Below are positions 1 through 10,078 of a DNA stretch of 26,296 bases, one piece after another. A program made the translations under genes and the position numbers. This DNA is from a virus (Duplodnaviria > Heunggongvirae > Uroviricota > Caudoviricetes): positions 1-26,296 of IMG/VR virus record IMGVR_UViG_3300026224_000020. The stretch is one strand, 5' to 3'. Under the pieces are notes generated by a model, which saw nothing but the letters and a program-made list of their open reading frames with translations, did no database searches and was not told where the DNA came from. Numbering within the stretch: the stretch's first letter is position 1; every line of letters starts with the position of its first letter.

Positions 1-258
1 ATGCAAACCGTTATTTTCGGTCGTCCGGGTTGCCCTTACTGCGTGCGTGCCAAAGATTTGGCAGAAAAGTTAAGTAATGAACACGATGATTTTCACTATC
101 AGTATGTGGATATTCGTACTGAAGGGATCACTAAAGAGGATCTGCAACAGAAAGCTGGCAAGCCGGTAGAAACCGTACCGCAGATTTTTGTCGATCAGCA
201 ACACATCGGTGGCTATACCGATTTTGCTGCCTGGGTGAAAGAGAATCTTGACGCCTGA
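1..258 (+). CDS. grxA: glutaredoxin 1
   Basis: 85-aa ORF with CPYC active-site motif (GRPGCPYCVRA); full-length match to enterobacterial GrxA as recalled; ATG at 1, TGA at 256-258. Confidence 0.93.
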   Translation: MQTVIFGRPGCPYCVRAKDLAEKLSNEHDDFHYQYVDIRTEGITKEDLQQKAGKPVETVPQIFVDQQHIGGYTDFAAWVKENLDA

Positions 259-289
259 TTACCGGATAAGCCCTCTCTGTTTGAGGGCT

Positions 290-667
290 TTATTGATTTT
301 TTCTGTGTTGCGGCCTGAACAAGCTACTGATAAACAAAAAACATAATGCGCCCAGCGCACACCAGAAGACGGCACTCAACAACCACGCCAGCTCCTGCCA
401 GAATGAGCGTGATGGTGAAAAAAACAGACGCATAATTAACATAGAACACGGTGCTGCCAGCATTGCGCCAAACAGTGGTTTAAGGACTTCTCTACGCCGC
501 GAAAAAAAGCTGGCTACAGCCCCAGGAAGAATGAAAAACAGTAAGCCGATTTCAGGGTGCCCGGCAGCCCGAAAAGCTCCCTTCATATGTGTCGCCAGAA
601 AAAGGCACACCACAATAAAGAGGACAAAACAGCAAATTGCCCCCGCCCAATGTTGTTTATGTTTCAC
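290..667 (-). CDS. ybjM: inner membrane protein YbjM
   Basis: 125-aa strongly hydrophobic ORF, same length as E. coli YbjM (from memory) and in the conserved position between grxA and ybjL. Confidence 0.8.
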   Translation of the reverse strand: MKHKQHWAGAICCFVLFIVVCLFLATHMKGAFRAAGHPEIGLLFFILPGAVASFFSRRREVLKPLFGAMLAAPCSMLIMRLFFSPSRSFWQELAWLLSAVFWCALGALCFLFISSLFRPQHRKNQ

Positions 668-935
668 ATGTTCCTCCTGACACTGCCTCTATCGAACACA
701 TTTTTCGCCGGTGTGGCGCTCAGTAAGATAAAGCCGCTTCGCATTCCATGCTAATATAGGCCAACACAATTCTTATAGCCGTTGGTATCTAATGTGATTA
801 CACTAGTAAAATATATTGTTACTTTACTATTGATTAAGTGCGCTGAATGAATCTGCGCTCTGAATTCAGGTAAAAACATTATCTTAAATTACCATTTCTT
901 TCAACAGCTTACTCGTAAACAAGAAGTTAGTCTCC

Positions 936-2621
936 GTGAATATAAACGTCGCCGAATTGTTAAATGGGAATTACATTCTGTTATTATTCGTGGTCCTCGC
1001 GCTTGGACTATGTCTCGGAAAATTACGACTTGGTTCAATCCAACTGGGTAATTCCATTGGCGTTTTAGTCGTATCACTGTTATTAGGTCAACAACATTTC
1101 AGTATTAACACCGACGCGCTTAATCTTGGCTTTATGCTGTTTATTTTCTGCGTCGGGGTCGAAGCCGGACCCAACTTTTTTTCCATTTTTTTCCGCGATG
1201 GGAAAAATTACCTAATGTTAGCCCTGGTAATGGTCGGTAGTGCACTGCTGATCGCCTTAGGACTGGGTAAGTTGTTTGGCTGGGACATCGGCCTGACGGC
1301 CGGTATGTTGGCTGGTTCAATGACATCAACACCGGTTTTGGTTGGTGCGGGCGATACCTTACGCCACTCAGGAATAGAAAGCGGGCAGCTCTCTGCGGCA
1401 CTGGATAATTTAAGCCTCGGGTATGCATTAACCTATTTGATTGGCCTGGTGAGTTTGATTGTCGGTGCGCGTTACTTGCCTAAGTTGCAGCATCAGGACT
1501 TACAAACCAGCGCCCAACAAATCGCTCGTGAACGGGGTCTGGATACCGACGCCAGCCGTAAAGTCTATCTGCCGGTCATTCGCGCCTACCGCGTCGGGCC
1601 GGAACTGGTCGCCTGGGCCGATGGCAAAAACTTGCGCGAACTGGGTATTTATCGACAAACCGGTTGCTACATTGAACGTATTCGTCGTAACGGGATTCTG
1701 GCAAATCCGGATGGTGACGCCGTGCTACAGATGGGCGATGAAATAGCGTTGGTAGGATATCCCGACGCCCACGCCCGACTCGATCCCAGCTTCCGTAACG
1801 GTAAAGAAGTTTTTGATCGAGATCTTCTCGACATGCGTATCGTCACTGAAGAGGTGGTCGTCAAAAACCATAACGCTGTCGGTAAACGCCTGGCACAACT
1901 GAAGCTGACCGATCACGGTTGTTTCCTTAACCGCGTCATCCGCAGCCAGATCGAAATGCCGATCGACGATAACGTGGTGCTTAATAAAGGCGATGTATTG
2001 CAGGTGAGCGGCGATGCCCGTCGCGTGAAAACCATCGCCGATCGCATCGGCTTTATCTCGATTCACAGCCAGGTTACCGATCTACTGGCATTCTGCGCGT
2101 TCTTTGTCATCGGTCTGATGATCGGGATGATCACCTTCCAGTTCAGCACATTCAGCTTCGGCATGGGTAACGCCGCCGGATTGTTATTCGCTGGTATTAT
2201 GCTGGGCTTTATGCGAGCGAACCACCCGACCTTCGGCTATATTCCCCAGGGCGCGTTAAGCATGGTGAAAGAGTTCGGTTTGATGGTATTTATGGCGGGC
2301 GTGGGTTTAAGCGCCGGTAGTGGCATCAATAACGGCCTGGGTGCGATTGGCGGTCAGATGTTGATTGCCGGGTTAATTGTCAGCCTGGTGCCCGTTGTTA
2401 TTTGCTTCCTGTTTGGCGCTTATGTGCTGCGCATGAACCGCGCGCTGTTATTCGGTGCAATGATGGGCGCACGTACTTGTGCTCCGGCAATGGAGATCAT
2501 CAGCGACACTGCGCGCAGCAACATCCCGGCCTTAGGTTATGCGGGCACTTATGCAATAGCTAACGTACTGCTGACGCTGGCAGGGACAATCATCGTAATG
2601 GTATGGCCAGGACTCGGATAA
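936..2621 (+). CDS. ybjL: putative AAE-family transporter YbjL (two membrane domains flanking paired RCK_C/TrkA-C-like soluble domains)
   Basis: 561-aa ORF with hydrophobic N- and C-terminal halves and a central soluble region; length and synteny (ybjL-ybjM-grxA) match E. coli YbjL as recalled. Confidence 0.88.
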   Translation: MNINVAELLNGNYILLLFVVLALGLCLGKLRLGSIQLGNSIGVLVVSLLLGQQHFSINTDALNLGFMLFIFCVGVEAGPNFFSIFFRDGKNYLMLALVMVGSALLIALGLGKLFGWDIGLTAGMLAGSMTSTPVLVGAGDTLRHSGIESGQLSAALDNLSLGYALTYLIGLVSLIVGARYLPKLQHQDLQTSAQQIARERGLDTDASRKVYLPVIRAYRVGPELVAWADGKNLRELGIYRQTGCYIERIRRNGILANPDGDAVLQMGDEIALVGYPDAHARLDPSFRNGKEVFDRDLLDMRIVTEEVVVKNHNAVGKRLAQLKLTDHGCFLNRVIRSQIEMPIDDNVVLNKGDVLQVSGDARRVKTIADRIGFISIHSQVTDLLAFCAFFVIGLMIGMITFQFSTFSFGMGNAAGLLFAGIMLGFMRANHPTFGYIPQGALSMVKEFGLMVFMAGVGLSAGSGINNGLGAIGGQMLIAGLIVSLVPVVICFLFGAYVLRMNRALLFGAMMGARTCAPAMEIISDTARSNIPALGYAGTYAIANVLLTLAGTIIVMVWPGLG

Positions 2622-2724
2622 AACTGAAGTTGCCCCAAAAATGAAATTTTTTTGTACAACCGCAGAACTTTTCCTCGGGGCATCAGTCTTAATTAGTGCC
2701 ACTGCTTTTCTTTGATGTCCCCAT

Positions 2725-2768
2725 TTTGTGGAGCCCATCAACCCCGCCATTTCGGTTCAAGGTTGATG
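2725..2768 (+). terminator. rho-independent terminator downstream of ybjL
   Basis: Perfect 10-bp stem CCCATCAACC ... GGTTGATGGG followed by TTTTTTG on the plus strand; no U-tract on the minus strand. Confidence 0.6.
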
Positions 2769-2856
2769 GGTTTTTTGTTGCCTGAAATTTAAGCTGTTTA
2801 AAATCATGATGTTAGAAGCACTGTTTTTTAACGATGGCGACAAAATGGCGGCAGCG

Positions 2857-3075
2857 TCAAAGAGAGAGCGCCACCTGTCCTGATTTCATTGGATGCGGCT
2901 GAACCGGATTTGACTCTTTTGGCGTTGCAATCGAACGAACAAAAGTTTCATGGGTAACAAAAGTATGGCTGCAGTTAATGTTCTGGCACTGGTTGTAACG
3001 CTCTTTGGTCAATGAAGATACCTGAAAACTGCTGCGAGTATGGGCGGCACTTCCACACAGTGGGCAAATCATCAT
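2857..3075 (-). CDS. ogr: late gene transcriptional activator Ogr (zinc-finger)
   Basis: CPLCG...C..C..C zinc-finger pattern (MMICPLCGSAAHTRSS...YNQCQNINCSHTF) typical of P2 Ogr/Delta; start placed at the internal Met giving 72 aa (P2 Ogr size from memory); the track ORF extends to 3108. Confidence 0.82.
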   Translation of the reverse strand: MMICPLCGSAAHTRSSFQVSSLTKERYNQCQNINCSHTFVTHETFVRSIATPKESNPVQPHPMKSGQVALSL

Positions 3076-3165
3076 TTTTCGAGTTCTCCCCATTTTTGCT
3101 AAATTCACAATAATGATACCGCATTATTCCATTTTGCAAACTTAAAAGTTCTCCATTGCGAAGAA

Positions 3166-4266
3166 TCATTCCATTTCGAAATCATCAATCCTCACTTCAA
3201 GCTCCAGACTGGTCGTAAAACCGTTATCCGGGCTGACGGTATGCGTCAGAGTCGTAATGGTCCATTCCGCATCATCTATCGGCTGTTTAAAACCACTGAC
3301 CTTCACAGGCATTTCCGTGTAGAGATCTGCCCGCCCTTCTGCCAGTTGTAGCGAAAATGACGCAACGCCGCGTTGCAGGCGTTCCCACTGCATTTTCGCC
3401 GCTCGTTCGGCGTTGCTCCGGTTGGCATAAGTGCGATTAAGTACCAGCACGTTTTCATCCGTACCCACCAGGTAATCGCCCTGCTTCGCTTCTGGCTCTT
3501 TCTTCTGCTTCTTAGTTCTGCGCTTACGCTTCACCGTGGTGCTTTCTTTCTTCGCAGGTTCGCGGGTATGCAACCAGCTGGCAATTACGCCCGTGTAGGC
3601 TCCGCGATCTGCCAGGGTAAATCGGTGACTGTCGCCGTCCTTGCGTGTGATAGTGATCACTGGCAGAGGTTTACCAGTGGCGCTTTTGCCCTGCCCCTGC
3701 CGGATGAATAACAGATTGCCATTTTTCACCGACGCGATGGCACCGTACTGTCGCGCCAGCCGCATCAGAAAACTGCCGTCACTCTCATTAGTCTGGTCTA
3801 TATGCTCCACGGGCTTATCCGACAGGTCTTTACCCAGTGCCATCTTCAGCTTGTGCCGCGCGGCTATTTCCTTCACCACTTCCCCGACGGTGGTCTTATG
3901 CCACGATTTTTCACGGCGGGTATTCAGCGCTTCCCGAAAATCAGCACTTCGCGCCCGGATAGTCAGGCGGTCCGGTGCGCCAGTGTGTTCAATCTCGTCC
4001 ACCGTGAATGTCCCTTTCGGGAAAAGCGGCTGCCCCTTCCAGCCCAGCGCCAGCGTAATGACCGCACCACGGCGCGGCAGCACGATTTTTCCGTCGGCGT
4101 CGTCCAGCTCCAGATCAAGCTGGTCCGCGTCAAAGCCCCGATTGTCCGTCAACGTCAGACTCATCAGACGGTTATCCAGCACAGTAGTGATATCCCTGCC
4201 CTCAATACTGATGCTGAATGCGGGAGTTTTGTTGCCTTTGTTAAGCAGTTCAGAGCTGAAATTCAC
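3166..4266 (-). CDS. D: tail protein D (late control gene D family)
   Basis: 366-aa ORF in the P2 gpD position; lysine-rich central stretch (KRKRRTKKQKKEPEAK) and overall similarity to gpD as recalled; overlaps U by 4 nt. Confidence 0.85.
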   Translation of the reverse strand: MNFSSELLNKGNKTPAFSISIEGRDITTVLDNRLMSLTLTDNRGFDADQLDLELDDADGKIVLPRRGAVITLALGWKGQPLFPKGTFTVDEIEHTGAPDRLTIRARSADFREALNTRREKSWHKTTVGEVVKEIAARHKLKMALGKDLSDKPVEHIDQTNESDGSFLMRLARQYGAIASVKNGNLLFIRQGQGKSATGKPLPVITITRKDGDSHRFTLADRGAYTGVIASWLHTREPAKKESTTVKRKRRTKKQKKEPEAKQGDYLVGTDENVLVLNRTYANRSNAERAAKMQWERLQRGVASFSLQLAEGRADLYTEMPVKVSGFKQPIDDAEWTITTLTHTVSPDNGFTTSLELEVRIDDFEME

Positions 4267-4748
4267 GACAGCAGCCCTCCCACCGTTTTACTGATATCAC
4301 TTAAGGCAGATGTTGCCGTGTCCTGCAGATTATTCAGTTGCGTACTGAGATCACCGAACATATCGGACAGGGATTCATCCACCCGTTTGAGCGACAGGGT
4401 GAACTCAATCCGGCGCGGCATACCATCGCGGAAAAACTCCGTTTTAGTCTGATTCAGTCCCTCAATCACATACATGCCATAAATCGTGCCGCTGCCTTCA
4501 ATCAGGGGCCATGCTTTCCCCTGTTCTGCCATCTGCTCCAGTGCCAGCAACGACAGCCTGCCGCCTGTTATCTCCGGCATAAGAACACCAGAAAGCGTCA
4601 GCATGTCGTTGTCCGGTCCCAGAAACTGCGTGGACGGACGACGATTTACCCGACTGTTTGCCGCATGTCGCCAGCTGCGTTGATACTGCAGCTCCTGATA
4701 CGGTACGGTGCGCAGCATAAACACGTACAATCCCAGCACCATCATCAT
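4263..4748 (-). CDS. U: tail protein U
   Basis: 161-aa ORF in the gpU position between T and D; start overlaps the T stop (translational coupling). Confidence 0.82.
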   Translation of the reverse strand: MMMVLGLYVFMLRTVPYQELQYQRSWRHAANSRVNRRPSTQFLGPDNDMLTLSGVLMPEITGGRLSLLALEQMAEQGKAWPLIEGSGTIYGMYVIEGLNQTKTEFFRDGMPRRIEFTLSLKRVDESLSDMFGDLSTQLNNLQDTATSALSDISKTVGGLLS

Positions 4749-7700
4749 GCGTCGTATCCCCCCTGATCGCTGTAGTTACTCCTGGCTTTTGCCTTCAGCC
4801 TGCGTTCACGTTCATCAAGCTGGCGTGCCACCTCCCGCGCAATATCCTGCGCACTTTGTCCTGGCTGCGTCTGGATGATGATCTGCGTCGGTGCCTCAAT
4901 CCGGTGAACGGGCGGCACAGCAGCTGCGCGACTCACCATCGCTTCACCGCCTTTCGCGGGAAGTGCCAAAGGATGCAACGGTGGAAGCTCTGCTGGCGCG
5001 GCAGCAACGCCCATCATTCCGGCGACAACCGCAGCCAGTGCAGCGGTATTTCTCCGGCTGGTCACGTTTGCCGGACCGTTGACAATTTCCGGCCCGTTTT
5101 CACCGACAATGCCGAACTGCCCGCGCGGGATATACCCGCCGCTGTCATACATCCCCGCAAAGCCATATCCCCATGACGGAAAACCACCCGATGGCATTAT
5201 CACTTTACCGTCTGCATTCACCGTCGCAGGTTGCTGACGCGTCACGCTTTCCGGCAGTTTCGCTTTTGCAGCCTCTTTACTGACAATGCCGAGTTTCTCC
5301 AGCAACCAGGAAACGCCGGATTTCAGGGAGTCCAGCGGATGCATGACCATATTCAGCCCTTCCGCCAGTGCCTCTCCGAATCGCCGCCCCATTGCCGCTG
5401 CACTCTGCAGTTCGGCAGAGGTCGACTTAACGGGCGTCAGCAGATCAGTAAACCAGCCCCACAGCGCCTGTACTTTGTCGCCAATCCACTGAAACACAGG
5501 CTTAAGTGGTTCGAATGCTGCACTGATGGGACCTGCCGCCGCTTTGAATCCTTCCACCACACCAGCGAGAAATGCGGTGATGGGTTGCCAGTATTTCCAG
5601 ACAACCAGCGCCACGCCCGCCAGTGCAGTAACCACAAGACCTATCGGACTGAGCAGAGCACCTAACAGACCAGATATGGCATACAGGGCAACGCGCAGCA
5701 TCGCCAGCGGACCGGATGCCAGTACTCGCAGCACCGCGCCTGCGGCAGCCAGTCCACCGCGTAGTGCTGCCAGTGGATTCATAAACATCACAGCAACAGC
5801 ACGTAAACCGGATAATCCAGACCGCAACAGTGCAACCGGCACACCTGCTACAGTTTTCAGGACATTCCCCGTCAGTGATGCCGTGCGGCGCAAAGACGAC
5901 AACGGCGCAGTAAGTAAACCCGCTGCGTTGCCCGATGAAGCAAGCCCGCGTCGCAGCAGTGCCAGTGGAGTGCCAGCTAACCAGGACAACGCGCTGCTGG
6001 TTCGTGTTACTGCTGCCGTAACGGAAGGTAACGTTTTGATACCCAGCACAGAGAATCCCAGACGGATGACTGCCAGCGGCCCCAGCACTGCAGCCAGCGC
6101 CACCGCTAAGGTGCCGAGGCCTAGGGTAACCGCAGCCACAACAGCCGCTACTTTCATCAGTGTGCCTATCAGTTCCGGGTTAGCTTCCACCCAGCGGCGC
6201 AACGCCCCCGTGATGCTTTTCACCGTGTACAGAATATCCATCAGCGGCTGGCGCAGCGTTTCGCCCAGGCTGCTGAAGGTATTCTGTGCAGTGGTTTTGA
6301 CCAGCAACCACTGCGCAGAAAGTGAATCCTTGTTAATGTCGGATTCTTTCTGCATGGAGCCGAGCGCATCATTGCCCGCTGTCAGTTTTAGCTGGCGCTG
6401 TAGTTCCGGCAGGTTGTTTGCCAGTTTCGCCGCGTCATCGCCAAACTCTTTACCAAACAACATAGTCATGGCAGACAGACGCTTGTCCTGCGGCAGTGCG
6501 TTCACCTTCTCCAGCACACGCTGGATAGTTCCCATCGCATCCTTCGTCATCTGCTTTTCAATCACTTCAGGATTGAGTTTCAGCAGATTCATCCCTTCAA
6601 AGAAACTCTTGCTCTGCATGGTGGCAATGGACAATTCACGCACCATCGCGTTTGCTGCACTGGCTGCAACCTCCGGCGCAGCGCCCAGTGTCAGGAAGGT
6701 GGAACCCAGCGCCGCCGCTTTACGATAATCCAGACGGTCAGCCACACCGCCCAGGCGTTGCATCACATCAATGATGTCCGCCCCTTTCGACATGGCGTTA
6801 TCATCCAGATAGTTCAGCGCATCACCGAGCTGTTCAATATTGCGGGTAGGGATTTTGTAGAGCTGAGCGATTTTCCCCAGACTTTCTGACAGTTCATCCG
6901 CTGGCAGCTCAAAGGCTGTTGCCGCCTTTGCTGCTGTGCTGGCGAAGGCCAGCAGGTCACGTTTCTGGTCTTCCCAGCTGTCGTCAGGGTTTGCGACGTT
7001 CATGCGCGCCCCACCTTCAACCAGTGCGGCGAAGTCCACCGCACCGTTTTCCATCGGCAGCTGTTCGCTGGCAGCCTTGATGGCATCCTGCATTTCATAA
7101 AAACGTGCAGTACGGTTTCCATTATCGTCACGCAGACCATTGACCTGCTTTGCCACACCTTTCATGGCATCTTCCATGCTGGTATAGCTTTTTACTGCCG
7201 CCATCACTGGCGTCCCCATTGCCAGCCCTGCAGCCGTGGTAGTGGCTCCGGCTCCTGCAATACGATCGCGCACCTCCAGCGAACGGGCATAACTGGCACG
7301 CGCCGCATTCATCCTGCGCTGAGCTTCACCCAGTCGCTTCAGCCGCGCCTCCTGTTTCGACAATTCCTGGTTATAACGTGATGTTTCACGGGCTAAACGG
7401 GCAGTTGCTCCCGCATCATCTTTCGCAGAAATTCCCGCCCGGTACAGTTCTGCACGCACAAGCGCCGTTTGCTTCTGCAAATATTTTTGTTGTTCTTCCA
7501 GGCGTTGGACTGCCAGCGTTTGCCGACCTAAAGCCACAAGGTGCCGTTGTGATGGTTGTTCCATCGCCTCCAGCTCAGAGCTAAGCAAATTAGCCTTCTG
7601 TCTGGCATAGTTCAGCCTGTCGCCTAACTTCTTGTTATCGGCCTGCAGCTTGCGAAATTTTTCCAGGCTGTTACCCGCCTGATTGAGTTGCTTTAATGCG

Positions 7701-7822
7701 TCACGGGAGTTTCTGATTGCGCCAGCCAGCTCTTTCGAACTGGCCTGTGCAGCACGGAATGGGCGGGTGAGTTTGTCAACCGCATTAAGAATGACCTGCA
7801 GCCGCAGGTTATTATTACTCAT
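4745..7822 (-). CDS. T: tail tape measure protein
   Basis: 1025-aa ORF with coiled-coil-like N-terminal part and a long Ala/Leu/Gly-rich hydrophobic repeat segment typical of tape measure proteins; directly downstream of E/E' as in P2. Confidence 0.88.
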   Translation of the reverse strand: MSNNNLRLQVILNAVDKLTRPFRAAQASSKELAGAIRNSRDALKQLNQAGNSLEKFRKLQADNKKLGDRLNYARQKANLLSSELEAMEQPSQRHLVALGRQTLAVQRLEEQQKYLQKQTALVRAELYRAGISAKDDAGATARLARETSRYNQELSKQEARLKRLGEAQRRMNAARASYARSLEVRDRIAGAGATTTAAGLAMGTPVMAAVKSYTSMEDAMKGVAKQVNGLRDDNGNRTARFYEMQDAIKAASEQLPMENGAVDFAALVEGGARMNVANPDDSWEDQKRDLLAFASTAAKAATAFELPADELSESLGKIAQLYKIPTRNIEQLGDALNYLDDNAMSKGADIIDVMQRLGGVADRLDYRKAAALGSTFLTLGAAPEVAASAANAMVRELSIATMQSKSFFEGMNLLKLNPEVIEKQMTKDAMGTIQRVLEKVNALPQDKRLSAMTMLFGKEFGDDAAKLANNLPELQRQLKLTAGNDALGSMQKESDINKDSLSAQWLLVKTTAQNTFSSLGETLRQPLMDILYTVKSITGALRRWVEANPELIGTLMKVAAVVAAVTLGLGTLAVALAAVLGPLAVIRLGFSVLGIKTLPSVTAAVTRTSSALSWLAGTPLALLRRGLASSGNAAGLLTAPLSSLRRTASLTGNVLKTVAGVPVALLRSGLSGLRAVAVMFMNPLAALRGGLAAAGAVLRVLASGPLAMLRVALYAISGLLGALLSPIGLVVTALAGVALVVWKYWQPITAFLAGVVEGFKAAAGPISAAFEPLKPVFQWIGDKVQALWGWFTDLLTPVKSTSAELQSAAAMGRRFGEALAEGLNMVMHPLDSLKSGVSWLLEKLGIVSKEAAKAKLPESVTRQQPATVNADGKVIMPSGGFPSWGYGFAGMYDSGGYIPRGQFGIVGENGPEIVNGPANVTSRRNTAALAAVVAGMMGVAAAPAELPPLHPLALPAKGGEAMVSRAAAVPPVHRIEAPTQIIIQTQPGQSAQDIAREVARQLDERERRLKAKARSNYSDQGGYDA

Positions 7823-8251
7823 CGTTGGCCCCGCTTCTCTGAATCGCTTTATACCGCCATTCCAGCACTTCGGTCAGCGGCATAACGTCAGTAACGGATG
7901 GCGGCCAGTGAAAAATGGTGGCGATATCTGCCACCAGATCGTCAACCGTCAGGCTGTCGGTAAACCGGCAAGCACCGACTTCTTCAACAAAAAAGTGACA
8001 ACCTCAACCGACATGGCAGTGAGATCTGCCGGGTCCATCTCTGCAATTTCCTGTGCAGTCAGTACCGGACTGGAGATGCGGGGGATCACGGTCATCATCG
8101 CGTTCACATCCATATCCATAATGGCCTGCAGGCGTGTACCGCGCAGCGCACCGGACTGCGGTTTACGCAGCACAATTTCGGTAATTTCTGTTTTACCGCG
8201 CTTGATAGGGGTATCCAGTTGAATGGTCTTTTCAGTCTGCTTATCGCTCAT
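7815..8251 (-). CDS. tail assembly chaperone E+E' (product of programmed -1 frameshift)
   Basis: Hand translation: E frame reads ...V T F L L K K S... across minus-strand T-TTT-TTG (7988-7994); the -1 frame continues open from there (VEEVGACRFTDSLTVDDLVADIATIFHWPPSVTDVMPLTEVLEWRYKAIQRSGANDE) to a TAA at 7815-7817 that overlaps the T start codon. Confidence 0.7.
7949..8251 (-). CDS. E: tail assembly chaperone E
   Basis: 100-aa ORF between FII and T; contains the slippery heptamer near its 3' end. Confidence 0.8.
   Translation of the reverse strand: MSDKQTEKTIQLDTPIKRGKTEITEIVLRKPQSGALRGTRLQAIMDMDVNAMMTVIPRISSPVLTAQEIAEMDPADLTAMSVEVVTFLLKKSVLAGLPTA
7988..7994 (-). other. -1 programmed ribosomal frameshift slippery site TTTTTTG
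   Basis: Plus strand reads caaaaaa, i.e. minus-strand T-TTT-TTG in the E reading frame; same heptamer class as the P2 E/E' and lambda G/GT sites. Confidence 0.7.
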
Positions 8252-8305
8252 TTTGTTGTCCTGTAAATTGGGTTCTGGCGCGGTATCCCGCGCCGTTCAG
8301 ATAGA

Positions 8306-8821
8306 TCAGAGGCCGAGGGCGTTGCGGTGCGCTTCCATCAGGTCTACACCGTCCACAATTTCCACCATGTTGATAAGGTCCACTTCATAGAGCACCTCAC
8401 CATTGATGGTCAGCTTCGCGTAGCTGTTGGTACTGGTCACTTTGGTGGTGTTGCTTTCGCCCGTCTTCCACTCGCCGGAATCCACTTCTTTGTGACGTCC
8501 ACGCACCACAAGCTCCACAGCCTGCACTTCCCCGGTATCGTCACGCTGGATAGAGCCGGTAAAGCGCAGCTGGATGCCATCCACCGTGGCTTTGCCCATC
8601 TGCTTAAACAGCAGCAGTTCAGTACCACCAATGGAAAATTCTGTATCCAGTGCACTGTCATCCAGTCCCAGATCCACATCCACCGCCCCCGGCATTCCGC
8701 CACCGCGATACTTCTCATATTTGCGGGTGAATTTCGGCAGCGTCAGCGACTCAACGATCCCCTGCCAGTTGTTCCCGTCGTTAAACAGGTTCAGGTGTTT
8801 TAATTTGCGTGGTAAAGCCAT
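8306..8821 (-). CDS. FII: tail tube protein FII
   Basis: 171-aa ORF in the gpFII position, size matching P2 FII (from memory). Confidence 0.87.
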   Translation of the reverse strand: MALPRKLKHLNLFNDGNNWQGIVESLTLPKFTRKYEKYRGGGMPGAVDVDLGLDDSALDTEFSIGGTELLLFKQMGKATVDGIQLRFTGSIQRDDTGEVQAVELVVRGRHKEVDSGEWKTGESNTTKVTSTNSYAKLTINGEVLYEVDLINMVEIVDGVDLMEAHRNALGL

Positions 8822-8830
8822 GTTGTCCCC

Positions 8831-10003
8831 TTACGCGCTGACCTGGCTGGCAAAATTCACCAGGTACTGATCGGTGATGCGCTGGCGCAGCATCAGATTT
8901 TCAAGTGGCGGCACTGGCGTGTAGTCATAGTCGATGGTGAGTTTTCCGGCTTTCAGCGTGTCTTTGTCGTTCACCGACTCATCCAGCCAGCAATCACCAC
9001 CAATGAGATAGCCTTGACTGACCAGGCTGCGCATTTTGGCGCGGATACCTTCGATAATGTCGCGGGCCAGCGACGGGTTAAGCGGTTTATCCACCGCCCA
9101 CATGTGTGCTTCTGCCATCGTGTCCATCAGCACCTGCGCCGTGCGGGTGTAGTTTTCGAAGGCAAAGAGCGGGTCATCACTCAGGCAGCGGGAACCCCAG
9201 AAGCGGAAACCGTCTTTACGCACAAGTGTGGTGACGTCGTTCTGGTTCAGCAGACCTGCATCGGTTGCCGGGTCCTGCAGATCCCAGAACACATCTGCAG
9301 AAATTCCGGTGACACCGTTCACGCCCACGTTGGACAGGCTTTTGTGCCACCCGGTCTGCTCATCAATTTTGGCACGCAGACCAAGCGCACGGGCGGTGGC
9401 ATATGCCGTTGCTTCGGCATTCAGCACCGTGTCCCAGCCAGTAAAGTCAGGCCAGATCAGCATTCCTTCGCGCTGGCTGAAATTTTCACGGTAAGTGATC
9501 GCCTCCTGTACCGTCTTGCAGCCATACGCTGACAGGTAGGCAAACCCACGCAGGCTTTGCGCCACACTCAGCAACTCAGTAGCAACGGCTTTGTTATCGT
9601 GACCTGGCACGCCGAGAATGCGCGGTTTAACGCCGAGCTGTGTCTGGGCAGATAACAGGGCTTTCATGCCTGTTTTTTTACCTTCAGCAGTCACTGCGCC
9701 GATGATATTGGTCGTGGTTTCTTCTTCCGTTTCACCCTGCGGCACACGCACAACAACGGTCACGGGTTTTGCCTGGTCAGCGATGGCATCCAGCGAACGG
9801 GCCAGCGTGCCGGACTCACCCGCTTTACCGCTGGCAGTCAGCACGTCAGTGATCAGTACAGGTTTATTAAGAGGAAACATTTTTGCATCGGCATCATCGC
9901 CCGTGCAGACCATACCCACGATGGCGGTGCTCACCGTGGTAATGGATCGGGTGCCTTCGTTGACTTCAACAACGCGCACCCCGTGGTGGTAATCCTGAGC
10001 CAT
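8831..10003 (-). CDS. FI: contractile tail sheath protein FI
   Basis: 390-aa ORF immediately upstream of FII; size and position match P2 FI. Confidence 0.88.
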   Translation of the reverse strand: MAQDYHHGVRVVEVNEGTRSITTVSTAIVGMVCTGDDADAKMFPLNKPVLITDVLTASGKAGESGTLARSLDAIADQAKPVTVVVRVPQGETEEETTTNIIGAVTAEGKKTGMKALLSAQTQLGVKPRILGVPGHDNKAVATELLSVAQSLRGFAYLSAYGCKTVQEAITYRENFSQREGMLIWPDFTGWDTVLNAEATAYATARALGLRAKIDEQTGWHKSLSNVGVNGVTGISADVFWDLQDPATDAGLLNQNDVTTLVRKDGFRFWGSRCLSDDPLFAFENYTRTAQVLMDTMAEAHMWAVDKPLNPSLARDIIEGIRAKMRSLVSQGYLIGGDCWLDESVNDKDTLKAGKLTIDYDYTPVPPLENLMLRQRITDQYLVNFASQVSA

Positions 10004-10078
10004 AGTGGCGAACCTCCTGATTGGATTAGGCTTCGCCCTATGTTGTATTGATTACGCCATGCAGACAGCTGATGTGCG

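Noticed and set aside
557-754. 65-aa plus-strand ORF spanning the ybjM start and ybjM-ybjL intergenic region
   Set aside because: Overlaps ybjM on the opposite strand and has no RBS; the region is better explained as divergent promoter DNA.
1141-2066. Several ORFs (95-113 aa) overlapping ybjL on either strand
   Set aside because: All lie inside the 561-aa ybjL coding sequence; ybjL is supported by length, hydropathy and synteny.
3076-3108. N-terminal extensions in the six-frame ORFs for ogr (2857..3108), lysA (17277..17726), J (13988..14935) and the acyltransferase (10232..11320)
   Set aside because: The extended starts overlap upstream genes or precede conserved N-terminal motifs; internal Met starts give P2-like lengths and sensible gene junctions.
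3641-4452. Plus-strand ORFs of 217 and 216 aa antisense to gene D
   Set aside because: Overlap the gpD coding sequence on the opposite strand; low-complexity Ser/Arg-rich translations; no independent support.
5526-6728. 400-aa plus-strand ORF (also 4856..5176 and 5231..5665) antisense to the tape measure gene
   Set aside because: Lies entirely within the well-supported minus-strand T gene; Ala/Ser/Pro/Arg-rich translation typical of antisense frames in GC-rich coding DNA; no RBS context.
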